Positions 40,001 through 52,303 of a stretch of 64,000 nt of DNA are shown here, piece after piece. How positions within the stretch are numbered: the stretch's first letter is position 1; each line of letters starts with the position of its first letter. Both the position numbers and the translations under genes were made by a program. The stretch comes from Marsupella aquatica (lineage: Eukaryota > Plantae > Marchantiophyta), in assembly GCA_973895155.1 (NCBI GenBank), contig OZ316897.1, positions 10,439,832-10,503,831 on the forward strand, given 5' to 3'. The notes under the pieces are model-generated. The model saw only the letters and a list, made by a program, of their open reading frames with translations. It was not told where the DNA came from and made no database searches.

Positions 40001-42230
40001 TCATAGTCTATCTCAAATTCACAAGCTGAATGAGAGATAGATTTAGTTCTTCAGATCTAGTTGTCAAGTAGTCTACAGCGTCAGGCACATAAGTGACGCT
40101 TCATAAACGTGCACTTACCACTTCATTGTAATACTTCTACCGAATCGTACTTCCTTTCAATCACATTGGTTGTATGAGGCAATATGACAAAACCAGCAGA
40201 ATGCAATTGACCATATGGTGATCAGACCCAATGACATTGGTTTTCATCAATTAGAAAATGCGGTCTAAGTGACTTCAAATAATGTCAGCCGGTAGTCTAA
40301 AAATCAGGGGTCGATACAAGGATGTTGAACATTCAAGATCTAAGATTCGATCGGTCATTACCACGTTTAGTACTAGTACATTTCCTTACCTGAAATAGGA
40401 AGTCGGGAAGGCCCTCGTACAATCTCTTGAGCTCGTCCAGCTATATAGTAAGCAGAAGATATGAATTATTAATAGCTGATATTTTTCGCCTTGAATTTGG
40501 AGACACTGATTATGATGTAAATTAATGTGATGTCCATATATATGACTTCAACAGACGGTTGGTTCACAAGGGGAGTGCAGCTTTGTACAGAAGCTGAAGG
40601 TAAAAAAATTCCACATATTTCAATCTATAGCGAATTTCTATTCCAAGAATTTGTTGTGCTCAATTTGGAAGACATCATGACAACAGAATGCCCGATCATT
40701 GAAGGTTCCCGTACATTCTGGGCATTCTGAGATAACACAACCTGACAGAAAGCTGGAGGATACCTGACTGTATATCATGCATCAAATTAAGAAGAGACGA
40801 AACTGATATAGCAAACTGAGTTACTCTTTGTACCTCTTCACAAAGACCATAAGCAACCATCGTATCGATGCTCTCACCGCACACTTGATGGAAGTCAATA
40901 CTTCCATTAATCTGCAGCTTCGAGCCCATACAGGGATGTTGTTAGGAGTCGCTACAAATAAATGAAATGTCCCGAATTAAATGAACCAAATTACTTGAGC
41001 TGACTTGCATTTACATCAGTCACCATTTTCTATAACAGGCAATGAGAAGGAAGGTTGCTTACGAGATCATTGACTTGGATGAGGTCTTCACTTATTGAGA
41101 TGAAAACCTGAAGACAGGAACGTGTGGATATTATCGAAAGTATAGAAAGTATAATTCACACTCGACGATCGGATGAAATTAATTTGCTGTGATTTTATGA
41201 GTTGATGTTTCTGGTCAGTCATCAAAGGCATCATGAGATGGCATTTTACAAACGCATGGATCTAGATAAGTAGTTTCATATATGATGTGCGCGGGAGTCA
41301 TGGCTCGATGCCTGACAAGCTATGACTTTCAAAATCTGCTCTTTCTGCCTGAAATAGTGACTTTCATAAGGTTCTTAAAATCACCTTTCTGACTATCTGT
41401 AATTGCATAAACGCGCCATGGTAATGATGTCTTTGCGATGTTACCACTTCCAACACTCCACGAATATGCCAGAGTGCACCTAGACTCTGTAGGAATGTCA
41501 ATCAAGGTCTATCAGTGCGGCATGACCAATCAAAATGTCCTCAATTTTCAAAATCCAGAACACAGTTATTGATATCCACGCCTGTCATAGAGAAAAAAAC
41601 ACTGACATTAAGCACAGGGTGATAGCGATTCAGCTTAGTACCTCGACCAGCATAAGCCAGTCACTAGACACTGATCCTGAGCTTGGAGATAGTATTTTCT
41701 GTCCAAGGATCACGCCAACCTCTGTTTAACCTTCGATCAAACGCTAATTGTACATATACTAATCCTGCATGGCTGGCGCTTCTAAGCTTCTTCAATTTTA
41801 GCTTAAATCCCTTGACTTGACATTTAACCGGGTACTCCTTAGTATATCGGTTAGCATAAATCTCGACTAGAAGTTTGGGTGAAATTGAAAGATGGTAAAG
41901 TAAAAGTGAGTGAATAGGATGTTATTTTGGACATTCGGATAGGTAAGTAGATCGAATAGACATTTTAGCAAATCCACGAGCATAAATCTCGATTCATCTG
42001 AGAACAAACTGATTTATCAATGATTGAATGTAATTTATAAAGAACATTGATACCTTCAGAATACGAGGAACGTCCTTAAATTTTTTCAGACAACCTAGCA
42101 AAGCGTCTGTTGTGTCCACAGTCGACCTCAAGACTTGTATCTGGCATGCCACGTCGAAATGATCTATGAGGAAGACGACATCAATGTCCCTTTTAAACGG
42201 GTGGATTTGAATGCAGGGAGATGTAATATA

Positions 42231-42261
<31 letters not shown>

Positions 42262-45200
42262 CACTAGATACATGTACGTTCGTTTTAGATTCTTTTTTAA
42301 TTCTAAACTTTTCTTTTAGAAACTTCCAGACGCCGTATGACAGCTCATTTGGATTCTATTGTACCTACCGAGTCAAGTCGATCATTCAAGACGTGTAAGT
42401 CCAGGATTGGCCGGAGAAACCATAGCCTGCACACGAGAGCCTCATGTCCATAAGTGACTTGTGAGAAATTCTGCTAAATACAGAATTTGAATGGACTATG
42501 TCTGTATGCAAGCAGTAGCAGACCCTGTACTACCTACAGTAGTACCGGAAATAACCTTTCAAGGTTGCCATCAGTTACAAGACGGTAATTTCGAACAAAC
42601 CTCAAAAGCCGCCTTCCCATCGCAGTTACGCACTGAGGCAGACCTTGCACACACCAAGAAAACGCAGTTTTAGACTTCGATAGGAACAATGTTGATTCAG
42701 CAAATGCGAACTCGGATCTTAATCTTTGAGTCCCACTATCCTAGATTACTGGACCAAGCGCGGCGATGCAATACCGCACATGGGTCCACAAGTTTGAGCA
42801 TAGAAACTTGTCCACGTGCGTTTGGATTAGAAACGAAGGCATACCGTATTTAGCATACCGAAAACTGAAAACCTGCAGATGATCCAGGACCAACTTCCAA
42901 TTAAAAGTAGTGCACAGAATATGAAGATAATGGAGAGAAGATTACATCCGCATTCAACCACCATACTTTCTGAAGCTTCGGTCAGCGGAACGGTTGAAGT
43001 TTAGCATGCTTAGCCCACTCAAATAAATTACCTACTTCGAAAATGAATGTCAAGACGAAAATTATCACCTATATTCTTGACTTACCCTTCCTTTGGTTTC
43101 CCCAGACCCATTGCACTGGCATGTTCTTCTGTCCGAAAAATCTGCAACGCATCATGAGTGGTGGCATCGATGTACAAGAATCCGTTTCTGAATGCGATGA
43201 AATTAAGTGTGTCATCTTGTAAAACTCCCTCTGATTAATGTAGATCCACGTCATCGCTAAACAGGCACGCCTACCGCAAGCTAGCATGAGTTATTAATTT
43301 TGGAGCTCGATGTGCACGTGTTATCGAGTACGATGGAAATCGAATCAGGTCCCTGGCCGGTGCAAGCATACAAATAAATCTGTGATCTACTTGAATATTT
43401 AGTCTCGAGGCAGCTTAATTTGCCATGAGATAGGTACTCTTCGCTTGCTAATTCTGAATTGAAGATAGTACTATCGATCTGAGCTCCGTGGCGATATGCG
43501 AGCATCAGGATAATCCGTTTTATGCCGTCATAGTAGCACACCAAGATCTGGCCGGATACAAGGAAAGCTCAGAAATACTTTCGATCTGCGATTTTTGAAT
43601 GGAGTTGCCATCCAACTGAGATTCGTTTTGATTGGTCACTACTGTATCAATCAGCATTTCTTGCTGTAATATCGCAAGAAGTCCGCCGGCAGCTCGTACA
43701 ATTGTCTCATTGCCCAAATTTATCATCGAATTTAGCTGCGGAATGGCGAGAACTGCTTACTGTTAGTCCCACAACATTTGAAGCTGGTGAATTTAACATT
43801 GGGGATCAAAAAGACTGGAATATCAAGTTTAAAAATCGTTGGGTCCGGGCCTATTACTTATGGTCTTCTCTTCTACGTACAAGGGCATAGCTAATTAAGG
43901 AAACAGTACGTAAAGGATGTGCTGATGTCAGTTCTAAAGGTTCGTATTTGAATAATCCTAATTAAGCTTACATGGTCGTTGGTCTTAGATATTGAGATAA
44001 TGAGCAAAGGCCTGAAAATCTACCGAGAACAACGAAACCGGTCTTTTCTTGCTCTGCAATTTCAGAACCTCGATATGGCAATTTCCTTTGACCGAGACGT
44101 GAACGTAAGTGCTAGCTATTTAGAGGTATACCTGTTGCACAGTTTACTCAAGTTGCCCTCCCGGCTAGGCAGGTCTACACGTACATTGGCCAGTACCTTC
44201 TCATGTGTTTGCCAAGCGGAACGAAATACTTGAGCAAACTGAGCATCGAATATCTTCAAGGTTCCAGTTCGAAAATCAAATTACAAGTGCAGGTCGCACT
44301 CCGTCGATCTAAGGAGGCGCAAGTTGATTGATAATTTGGAATGTTGTAAAGGCAGCGGTAGTGTGTCCTACAAGAATCCTTTATTTACTCCTCAGCTTCA
44401 TGGTCTCGATGATTTCCTCAAAAGGCCCAAGTCCGTCGGTCCGGGAGAGGAACTCTGCCTTATATTTAATATTTAGCCCTTGATCCTGTGATACATGGCT
44501 AGGAGAACAGCTATCGAAAAGGGCGCGTGTAAACAGAGGAAGGGACAGTACGGAGCGGATAACTTACGACATGTATCCTTTCCTCATTGTTCAAGTCGGT
44601 ATCCATGCCTTTAACTTGAAGATACGCCAACCTGCAGGTTAAAAGTACAATGCAATGTTGAGACGTGAGAATGGTCTGCAGTTCAGTATTGATACTTTCT
44701 TGAAACCTCAGCCCTTAATGAAGACTATCTTGACAGCTAGAAGTAATTGTATGAATAAGCTCGCTGAAGCACGAGCCCTGAAAACGGAAGTTCGAATTAA
44801 TGAATTCTAGTGACATTTGAGTTTCCTCTGCAATCGACAGTGCTACAGCGCTCGCAGCGCAGACGAATTCTGCAGGATGCCATCATTTTCACGGGTCATG
44901 CCGCAGATGCAACGAGGACTCAAGTGTCCACTGGATTCCCGTTGCCAATTAAAAGGACTTGTGCCTGAAGGTCTATATGGTATCTACTTACCTGTGTCTT
45001 GCTTGCTGAAGACTGAACAGCGCACTTTTGACGAGTTTTACGCTAGGAGCGTTCCCATCCTGTCGGACTAGTCCAGTCCCACGTATTCATGTGTGTTCAG
45101 ATGAGTTTAGATCTAATTACACGTCCTGCGAGGCCTTGGCGCCAGCCGCTTTTCTACTTCTAGACTAGCATACTCTACAACATTGCTCTCGGACTCGAAG

Positions 45201-46368
45201 GTAACGTCGATGGAGATTATATAGTACTGAGAGTTAATTGACGGTGAAATGGCTGCGAAGAACCAGTTAAAAAGTTGACATGAGCCTTTCGTAACTCACC
45301 CCCCAGCCCCCAGCCTCTAGTATTATGGTTGGAATAGAGATGATCACCTTTATGTTGAAGAGCGGCCACAAAACCGTCATCCATCTTGGTGCTAGTGAAA
45401 ATAACTTCAGGTTCAGCCTGGTACTTGACTGAACACTCGATGAACAACAACCTACGTGAGATCATGATGTTTCAGGTCGATATAAAAACTTGTGCAACGC
45501 AGGTTACGATAATCTGTGTACACTTACTCAATTGTAGGCACGGAAACTCTTCGTCGCCCTCGTCCCACGCGTCCATCACAAACATTTCGCGACTAGTGAC
45601 GTCGTAGTAGGCTACGCCAAGCCTGAGACAATGTCACCAAACTCCAATCGAAGGATTCAAATTTGAAACGATCTTTACACATTGTAATGTTCAAGAAACC
45701 AAAGAAATAAATCGCGGTAGTCCAACATCCCGCAAGTACCTTTGCCCGTGCATGATGCACGCCATATAAATCTGAACAGTATTTAGCACAGTGACATTAA
45801 TTAGATATGACTACGTGAAGGTTCAGTAGGTATAGCAGCTAGTTAGTTGATCCATTAGTAGTCATGTTGTCGTGTACGTGCATAAGACAAGATGACCATG
45901 TAAAACTGAACAACACCTCTCGATTATTGATCGGAAGATCCTAACTGACTTTCGAAGCTTCATATCTATCATCGCACTTGGAGAGCATTGTCAGGTGCAA
46001 GGACTCGATATCCTCTCGGTTAAAGCAGCTGCGGTAATCATTCCAAGATGATCTACACAGTGCTTATGAAAAAGGAGTCCGTGATGATTGGCTCTCACCT
46101 TCGAGTCCGAATCATACTCGAGATCATTTTCTTCCTCCCCTTCGATCGAATTTTCTGGTCGACTATCATTGTCCACCCGCGAAGATACCCAATTTCCCGA
46201 AGAGTCTCGTTTTCTGGTTATTTTCTGAGCCCCGTTCTGAGCAGGGCGAGATCTAGCCTGACCGGCAGCACTTCGAGAACCCGAGGACCTCTGCTGCACA
46301 CTAACATTGATTCCTGAACTCCTGTTTGTGGTCTTCGATGTTGAGGACTTTGATGTTGAGGGATCCAT
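34048..46368 (-). CDS. MSH5: Meiotic MutS homologue MSH5, ~34 coding exons
   Basis: GT-AG exons assemble into the MSH5 sequence: [11 protein letters not shown] (45740-45771), LGVAYYD (45528-45622), [28 protein letters not shown]...[46 protein letters not shown]-like AEIDC. Further motifs: Walker [10 protein letters not shown] (36975-37033), [14 protein letters not shown], Walker [10 protein letters not shown] (36128-36189), [21 protein letters not shown], and a terminal VEAFFRDI. The extent of the last exon is uncertain. Confidence 0.97.
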
Positions 46369-47009
46369 CGATGGAATTAGGAAATAATCCAAGTTATGAA
46401 AGAAAGTCTGTCATGATGTCAAGGACGGGTCTGATGAACTGAGGTGTTGGAAGATGGCCTGCATTGGCTAACAAGCCTCGCTTTGAAATTCAATTGCTTG
46501 ACTCCTGCAGAGCCCACATCAGCAGGCTCAGTTCATCTTCTTGATGGGTGAATTAAAGCTATCATACATTCCATCAATGAGACAGCTATGCAGAACAGAT
46601 AGAAACAAACGGTGGACACGTTGCATCCAGGTAAGTGTTAATACCTGACTAATACTAGCTGCAATGGCGGACATTTTTCGAAAGTGTGTTACCAAGGAGT
46701 GTGCCGTGCAATCTGTAATTAAAGGTCGATTTGGTGATCTCTTTTACATCTCGCTAGCTTCCAGCAAATCAAACATTTACTCGCAGTTTCATTCTAACTA
46801 CTTAGCTGTAGAACTGGTGACGAAAATGCTCACCACTTTGTATACAAAGGATGACTGAATCTCATTCATCAAGTTGATGACTGCTTTTGCCAGGGCCTAC
46901 GAGGCTTCGCGAATAGCATGAACAAGTTTCCCACCGAATTTCACCTTGAATGAGAATGATGTGGTTCGTCAGAAAGCATGACTCGATTGAAAAGTCGAAT
47001 GCACGCTGA

Positions 47010-48221
47010 ACATGCAAATTCATGTGACTGACGATTTCGGCAGAGATTCCCGAGCGAAGTGAGGGCTCCCCCGAGCAAAATTTGTTGCTGGACATCGATC
47101 CGTCCGCAGGAAGAAATCGCATGGGACAGGAGAAGAAACGGGGCAAGATTATGCACTCTTAGTTTACTTCAGTTTCTTGTTCGATAGCGAGAACCTGGAG
47201 TCCTGATTGCCCCCAGACATTTCAAAGTGAACAGCCGGAGCCAGCATTGCAGAAACTGTAGTAGCAATTTAGATGTCAAATTCGAAGATCAGTGCAAGCT
47301 CCAAAAGCCCGCGCACAGACAATGCCAAACTCGAAGATCACTGAAAGCTCGACAGGCCAGTGTACAGGCTGACTGTTCGTTACTCAGCTAAGATTTCTGT
47401 GCGGATCTTACACAAAATGCTTAAACCTCGTTGCGAACGAATTGAACGAGAGCTACCATTGCTGCTAGGAGAACGAATCGAATTGAACGAATTGAAAGAA
47501 TCAAACGAGCGCTTCTTCAGTGAATAACGGAAGGAGCGAGAGAAAGTAGAACTCCACGTACCTGTTTAATTTGAAACAAACATACTGGACTCTTTCTGTA
47601 CTCCGATGTTCCTCCGAGTGATCGTGAAGCTCTCCACAATTACTTCTCAGAATTGCTAGAATGCCACTCTTTCAAGAGAAAACAACCAGGATGCCACTCT
47701 CAAGGGTCTAGCTACAGTTAACTACGACAAGATCGACGGCCTACAACAGACACAAGATCAACAATGGACGGTCAAGATTCGAAGTATCTGACCTCCCTCA
47801 CAGTGACGCCAACCCGCCCTTTTACTGTCCTGCCATCTCTTTCACCGTGCGATCCTCCACTGAGAGATTCAGAAAGACTGAAGTGCTGTCGGACCCAAGG
47901 CCGTGTTTTCGTGTGTGGGCCTCTGCATAGACCCATGGACACTCTGTAGCGAATGCCCGAGCTCGCGGTGCGATGGGAGGGAGGAGCAATAATGAGGCGT
48001 CGATGAGGGCATTGGTGTGAAGCCCCGCATGTGAACTGCGAGGATTTGAGCTTAGAAAGGGGGATTGAAAGCCTGAAAAGTACAGTAGACAATAACATTG
48101 AGGCGTGTGAGCTGAGTCAGTTGTTGTATGAGTGGACAGCAGTAAGGAGAGCGTATTACGATCCCTCGCAGGAAGATCGGGGATCAGATCGAGTATGTGG
48201 TTTTAGCAGGTGCAGTAGCGT

Positions 48222-48255
<34 letters not shown>

Positions 48256-48720
48256 TTGAGAAAGCACTCGGTTGATTCGTTGAAATAGTTGGCAACTAGG
48301 TTTAAGGTTTTGTCAGAGCTTCGCCCAGCAATCTTAGCAATACTAGCACTCTGTCTCATTCAATTTGTTTGCAACTAGGTTTAAGCATTTTGTCATAGCC
48401 CAACACAGAAATGTTAGCTTTACAAGCACTTTGTCTGTGCACGGGTTTTCGAGCTTTCAGTGATCTTCGAATTGAGGGCATCTGCATGGGCTTCTGAAGT
48501 TTTCAGTGATCTTAGCATTTGACGTCTAAGTTGCCACTTCGAGCTCTGCAATGATGGCTCCACCAGCTCAGTTTGTCGTCTCTGTGGCAGTCCGGACTCT
48601 CGGTTCTCGTCTTCTCGAGGTCGAACAAGCATTGAAGAAAACTAAGTGTGTGCATCATATCTTCCCTATTCTTCCCGTGTCCCCTGCGGACAAGGGCCCT
48701 GCTTTCATGAATTGTAATGA
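47010..48720. repeat. Degenerate long inverted repeat (arms ~47010-47635 and ~48146-48720) spanning the divergent MSH5 and hydrolase 5' regions
   Basis: 47279-47322 matches the reverse complement of 48431-48473 at 39/44 nt. Colinear similarity is also visible at 47141-47240 vs 48560-48666, 47385-47450 vs 48355-48420, and 47562-47635 vs 48146-48209. Confidence 0.9.
48225..48253 (+). repeat. (CT)n microsatellite at the start of the putative hydrolase 5'-UTR intron
   Basis: Read directly; it lies just after the candidate donor CAG|GTGCAG at 48209/48210. Confidence 0.9.
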
Positions 48721-48771
48721 AACGTCGGCCATTTACTGCGCAGGTTTGTGGCAGCTTGCAAAGGTGTCACA

Positions 48772-51700
48772 ATGGCGGGCGGGCCAAAAATTAAGGCGTC
48801 TTCTGCACGGGCCCATACCCGCAAACCAGCAAGACGCTCACCCAACAGAGGAGGGAGCGGCCTTGGTACGCTCGTGTAGCTCATTTGGAATCTTTTTAGC
48901 TGTTTGATCTCGTGGAAGTTTGTACTCCCCACAATGTAGTGTCTTGTATTGTTCGCATCTTACCCGTCAAACTTTCTCCTCAGCGTGAGGATGGTTGTAA
49001 CCTGGACTTTCGCAACCGTGGTACAGATGAATTTCCCATCATTATACAATGTGTCTCTATTGTAGTACTTCCTATCTCTCAATTGTCTGTTTTGGATTTC
49101 CTAATTTGTACAAGTTCAAAGTTTGCGAACCCGCAAGAATTTTTTTATCTTTTACATTCAGTTTGTTCCAATTTTGAGATCCTTGTCGCGTTACAACAGT
49201 ACATAGCATGATCTGTTTCTGCTACATTGCCATAACTATGCTTCATCTGCGTTAAAGGATCGAGTGGACTGACGGTACTAGTTCATCTGCTGGGCCGAGG
49301 GCTAATAGGTTTGATGATCATCTCTGCGTCATTCGCTATCATAACTTGGATGGCCTACAGACACATCCAACCTCCTCCTCCAAAGGTTAGCTCCCCTTCC
49401 ACAGTAGGAAGACGTCACATGAGTGGATGACAAGGATTTTGGCTTTTTTAGCATTGTACTTGTCCCGTGGAAAGATGTTCAGCTAACGTAGGATGGTTTC
49501 TAGTCACCGAGTTTTCTTGGCCTCAGATTAGATAGATTAGATAACTAACTCGTCTCACACACACTATGGGGGGGTACAACTACCGCAAAAAGGTTTCCTG
49601 CTCACGCAAGGGGTTTTTGCCTTGCAATAGTCCAGTCTACACTTCTGATTATGGCAAGCGGATTGGTCCTTTTGACATGGTTTGCCAACAGATGCAATTT
49701 CAATACAAGAAATGCTAACATTCATGCCTGAGTGAAGGAGAATATGCATATTTTAGCTTGAAGACCTATCTAAGTTGGAATGGCCAGCAGTCCGTCCTAA
49801 CAAAGGGTTTGTTATGTTTTCGAAATGGAAGATTTGTGGAGCTCCAGGTGGGCCGCCTGTGACTGCCCCTCGGATTCAACTTAGAGATGGTCGCTTTCTT
49901 GCCTACAAAGAGGCTGGAGTGCAGAAGCAGAACGCAAAGTACTCTATTATAGCTGTGCATGGCTATGGCGGATCTCGACATGCTATGCTAGGAGGCTTGT
50001 CTGATGTAAATATATTCTTCCTCTTCAAATTCTAGGCGGCTAGTAGCATTTCACCAACGTCCGTTGCTTCTTTATGTCGGCCAGATGGCCTTGCCCTTGT
50101 CTAGTCGGGCTTGCCATATTAGCGTCGTGATTTATCTAATCGGGCAAGAAATTGTTAGATATCCTAGAACTTGTAGGATTTGTAAGCCAAATCCAAGCCC
50201 CCTAGAATTCTGTGGATCAAGTGCTGCAAAGGAGATTAGACACCCGTTTACATCGTCTGCGGTATTTTGGATCATCTCTCTGAGTTCCTTCCAGGGGATG
50301 TTGCGCGTCCGCGGGAGGCAGGCTTCGGCTTCTATCATGGTTGATGATAGGCAGGCTGCACTTAAGAGGTTGTATATGTTTGTGGGGCCTTGATAGTGGT
50401 GGACAGTAAGGAGTCTGAGAGTGTGCGTTCCAAGGACACTCTCAGGGCCGCCAGTTGATATGTTCAGTATCTGTGACTTGCTTGCTTTGTTGACTGGTAT
50501 AGTCCTTAGGAATGACCTCTTGAAGATAGACCAAGTGTAGAGGCTTCTTCAGAGTTGACTGCCATCTTCAAAGAACAAAAAGTCCTTGCATTGAGTGCTT
50601 TGAAAATGACCAGCTTTGTTTTCTATTTGGTTTGTCACAAGAGTAACACTCGAGGGTAGTGGGCTCCATATTTATTGTGCGTGTCGTGAGTAGGGAGTGG
50701 CAATCAGCTAAAGGCGACTTGCCGCAGTTTGTCAACTGTAATTATCTACGGTGCATGAGATCTAACGATAATGACGTTCTTGCAATTGCAGGAGATCATG
50801 AAGGAGCTTCGAATCTACATTGTGGGGTTTGATCGGGCTGGATATGGACAAAGTACCCCCAATCCGAAGCGAACCATGAAGTCTGATGTGTACGATGTCC
50901 AGGTGAATGTCGAGACCCTGGGTATCAGAGCAATTAACAATATTGTGTATCCCCTATATCGAGCGTGGCATTAAAGCTGAGATTGATTGACATAACAATT
51001 GCGTTTTCTGGCTGCTGCGAATACGCCAGGACTCTGAAGGTTTGATCAAGGTCATTGATCTCTTCTGGAAATTTTCTTGCCCTGTACTTGAAGGATTTTA
51101 GAAAACACTTGGAAGTTAAACTATGTTTTCCTCTGCAACAGGACCTTGCAGATGGCCTGAAATTAGGACCGACCTTCTATGTTGCAGCGACTTCTATAGG
51201 AGGCTACACCGGATGGGGTCTGATCAAGTACCTTCCTCACAGGTTTGGATTCCTGCAATACCGAATCCGACGTAATGCATGTGGTATTAGCAGCAGTAGG
51301 CACATACGTAAATGGGTTGCGTTGGGGTATGAGGGTACAATTGCGTCATAGAATCCAACCACGTCCATTCTATATGTATGGTTTAATCATTTGCTTGGAA
51401 GTACCAGTTCTAGAGTCAATGCTATGTAGTTCAGAAGTGGACACATAGCAATCGTAAAGCTTAATGCAAAAGTTATATTCATTAATAGATGCTATCGTTT
51501 CTCCTCTCAGGTGATACTTATCATCTTTCGCACCTTGGCAGGTTAGCAGGAATAGCTATGTTTGCACCGGTTACAAATTTTTGGTGGAAAGGATTTTCCC
51601 CAGAAGTAGTAAATGCTGCATTCAGTAATCAATACATTGGTGACCGCCTGGCACTATCGGTTGCTCATCATGCTCCTTGGCTAGTGCATTGGTACATGAC

Positions 51701-52303
51701 ACAAACGTGGTTTCCCACTTCATCCACTGTAAAAGCTGAGAATGCTCAACTGGATGAGATAGATAGGCTGAGAATTTCTGAGTATTACAGTGAAGTTCAT
51801 GCAGCGGTAAGCGCCATGCACTCAATGTTTTTTTGTTTCACAAGACTTCAAGCTTTCCTCTGTTCAACCTTGCTTATTAACAATAATCTGTCTGCGTAAG
51901 TTGGGCACTATGGAAAGCATTACGATGGTTAATCGCTGTAGAAAGGGCGTAAGGTTTGAAGCGAAGCACCTGTGTCCTAGTACTAACAATCTGTGAGTCC
52001 TTGCAGAACCTTTTGGAGCCAACCCAGCAAGGTAAAGACGAGTCTCAGTTTCGTGACATGCGGAATATGTTCGGGACTTGGGACTATGAACCCTTCGAGT
52101 TAGAGAACCCTTTTGCATCACGGACTGGGGCGGTGCACCTGTGGCAGGGAGATAATGACTACCTGGTACCAGTTACGCTGCAGCGTGAAGTAGCGAAAGC
52201 ACTTCCTTGGATTCAATACCATGAGATTCCTGAAGCAGGCCATAGTTTGCTAGGTATCCCAGGTCAGGCCGATATAATGATTCGGGCCTTACTTCAATCG
52301 TAG
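48772..52303 (+). CDS. Plant alpha/beta-hydrolase family protein with N-terminal membrane anchor, 7 coding exons
   Basis: Exons: 48772-48865 (MAGG..ASSARAHTRK), 49258-49385 (TM segment, IQPPPPK), 49832-50005 (ICGAPGGPPVTAPRIQLRDGRFLAYKE..HG), 50792-50902 (FDRAGYGQSTPNPKRT), 51142-51242 (ATSIGG), 51542-51807 (PVTNFWW), 52007-52303 (WQGDND, YHEIPEAGH). A Ser-Asp-His triad is present and the phases are consistent. Confidence 0.95.
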
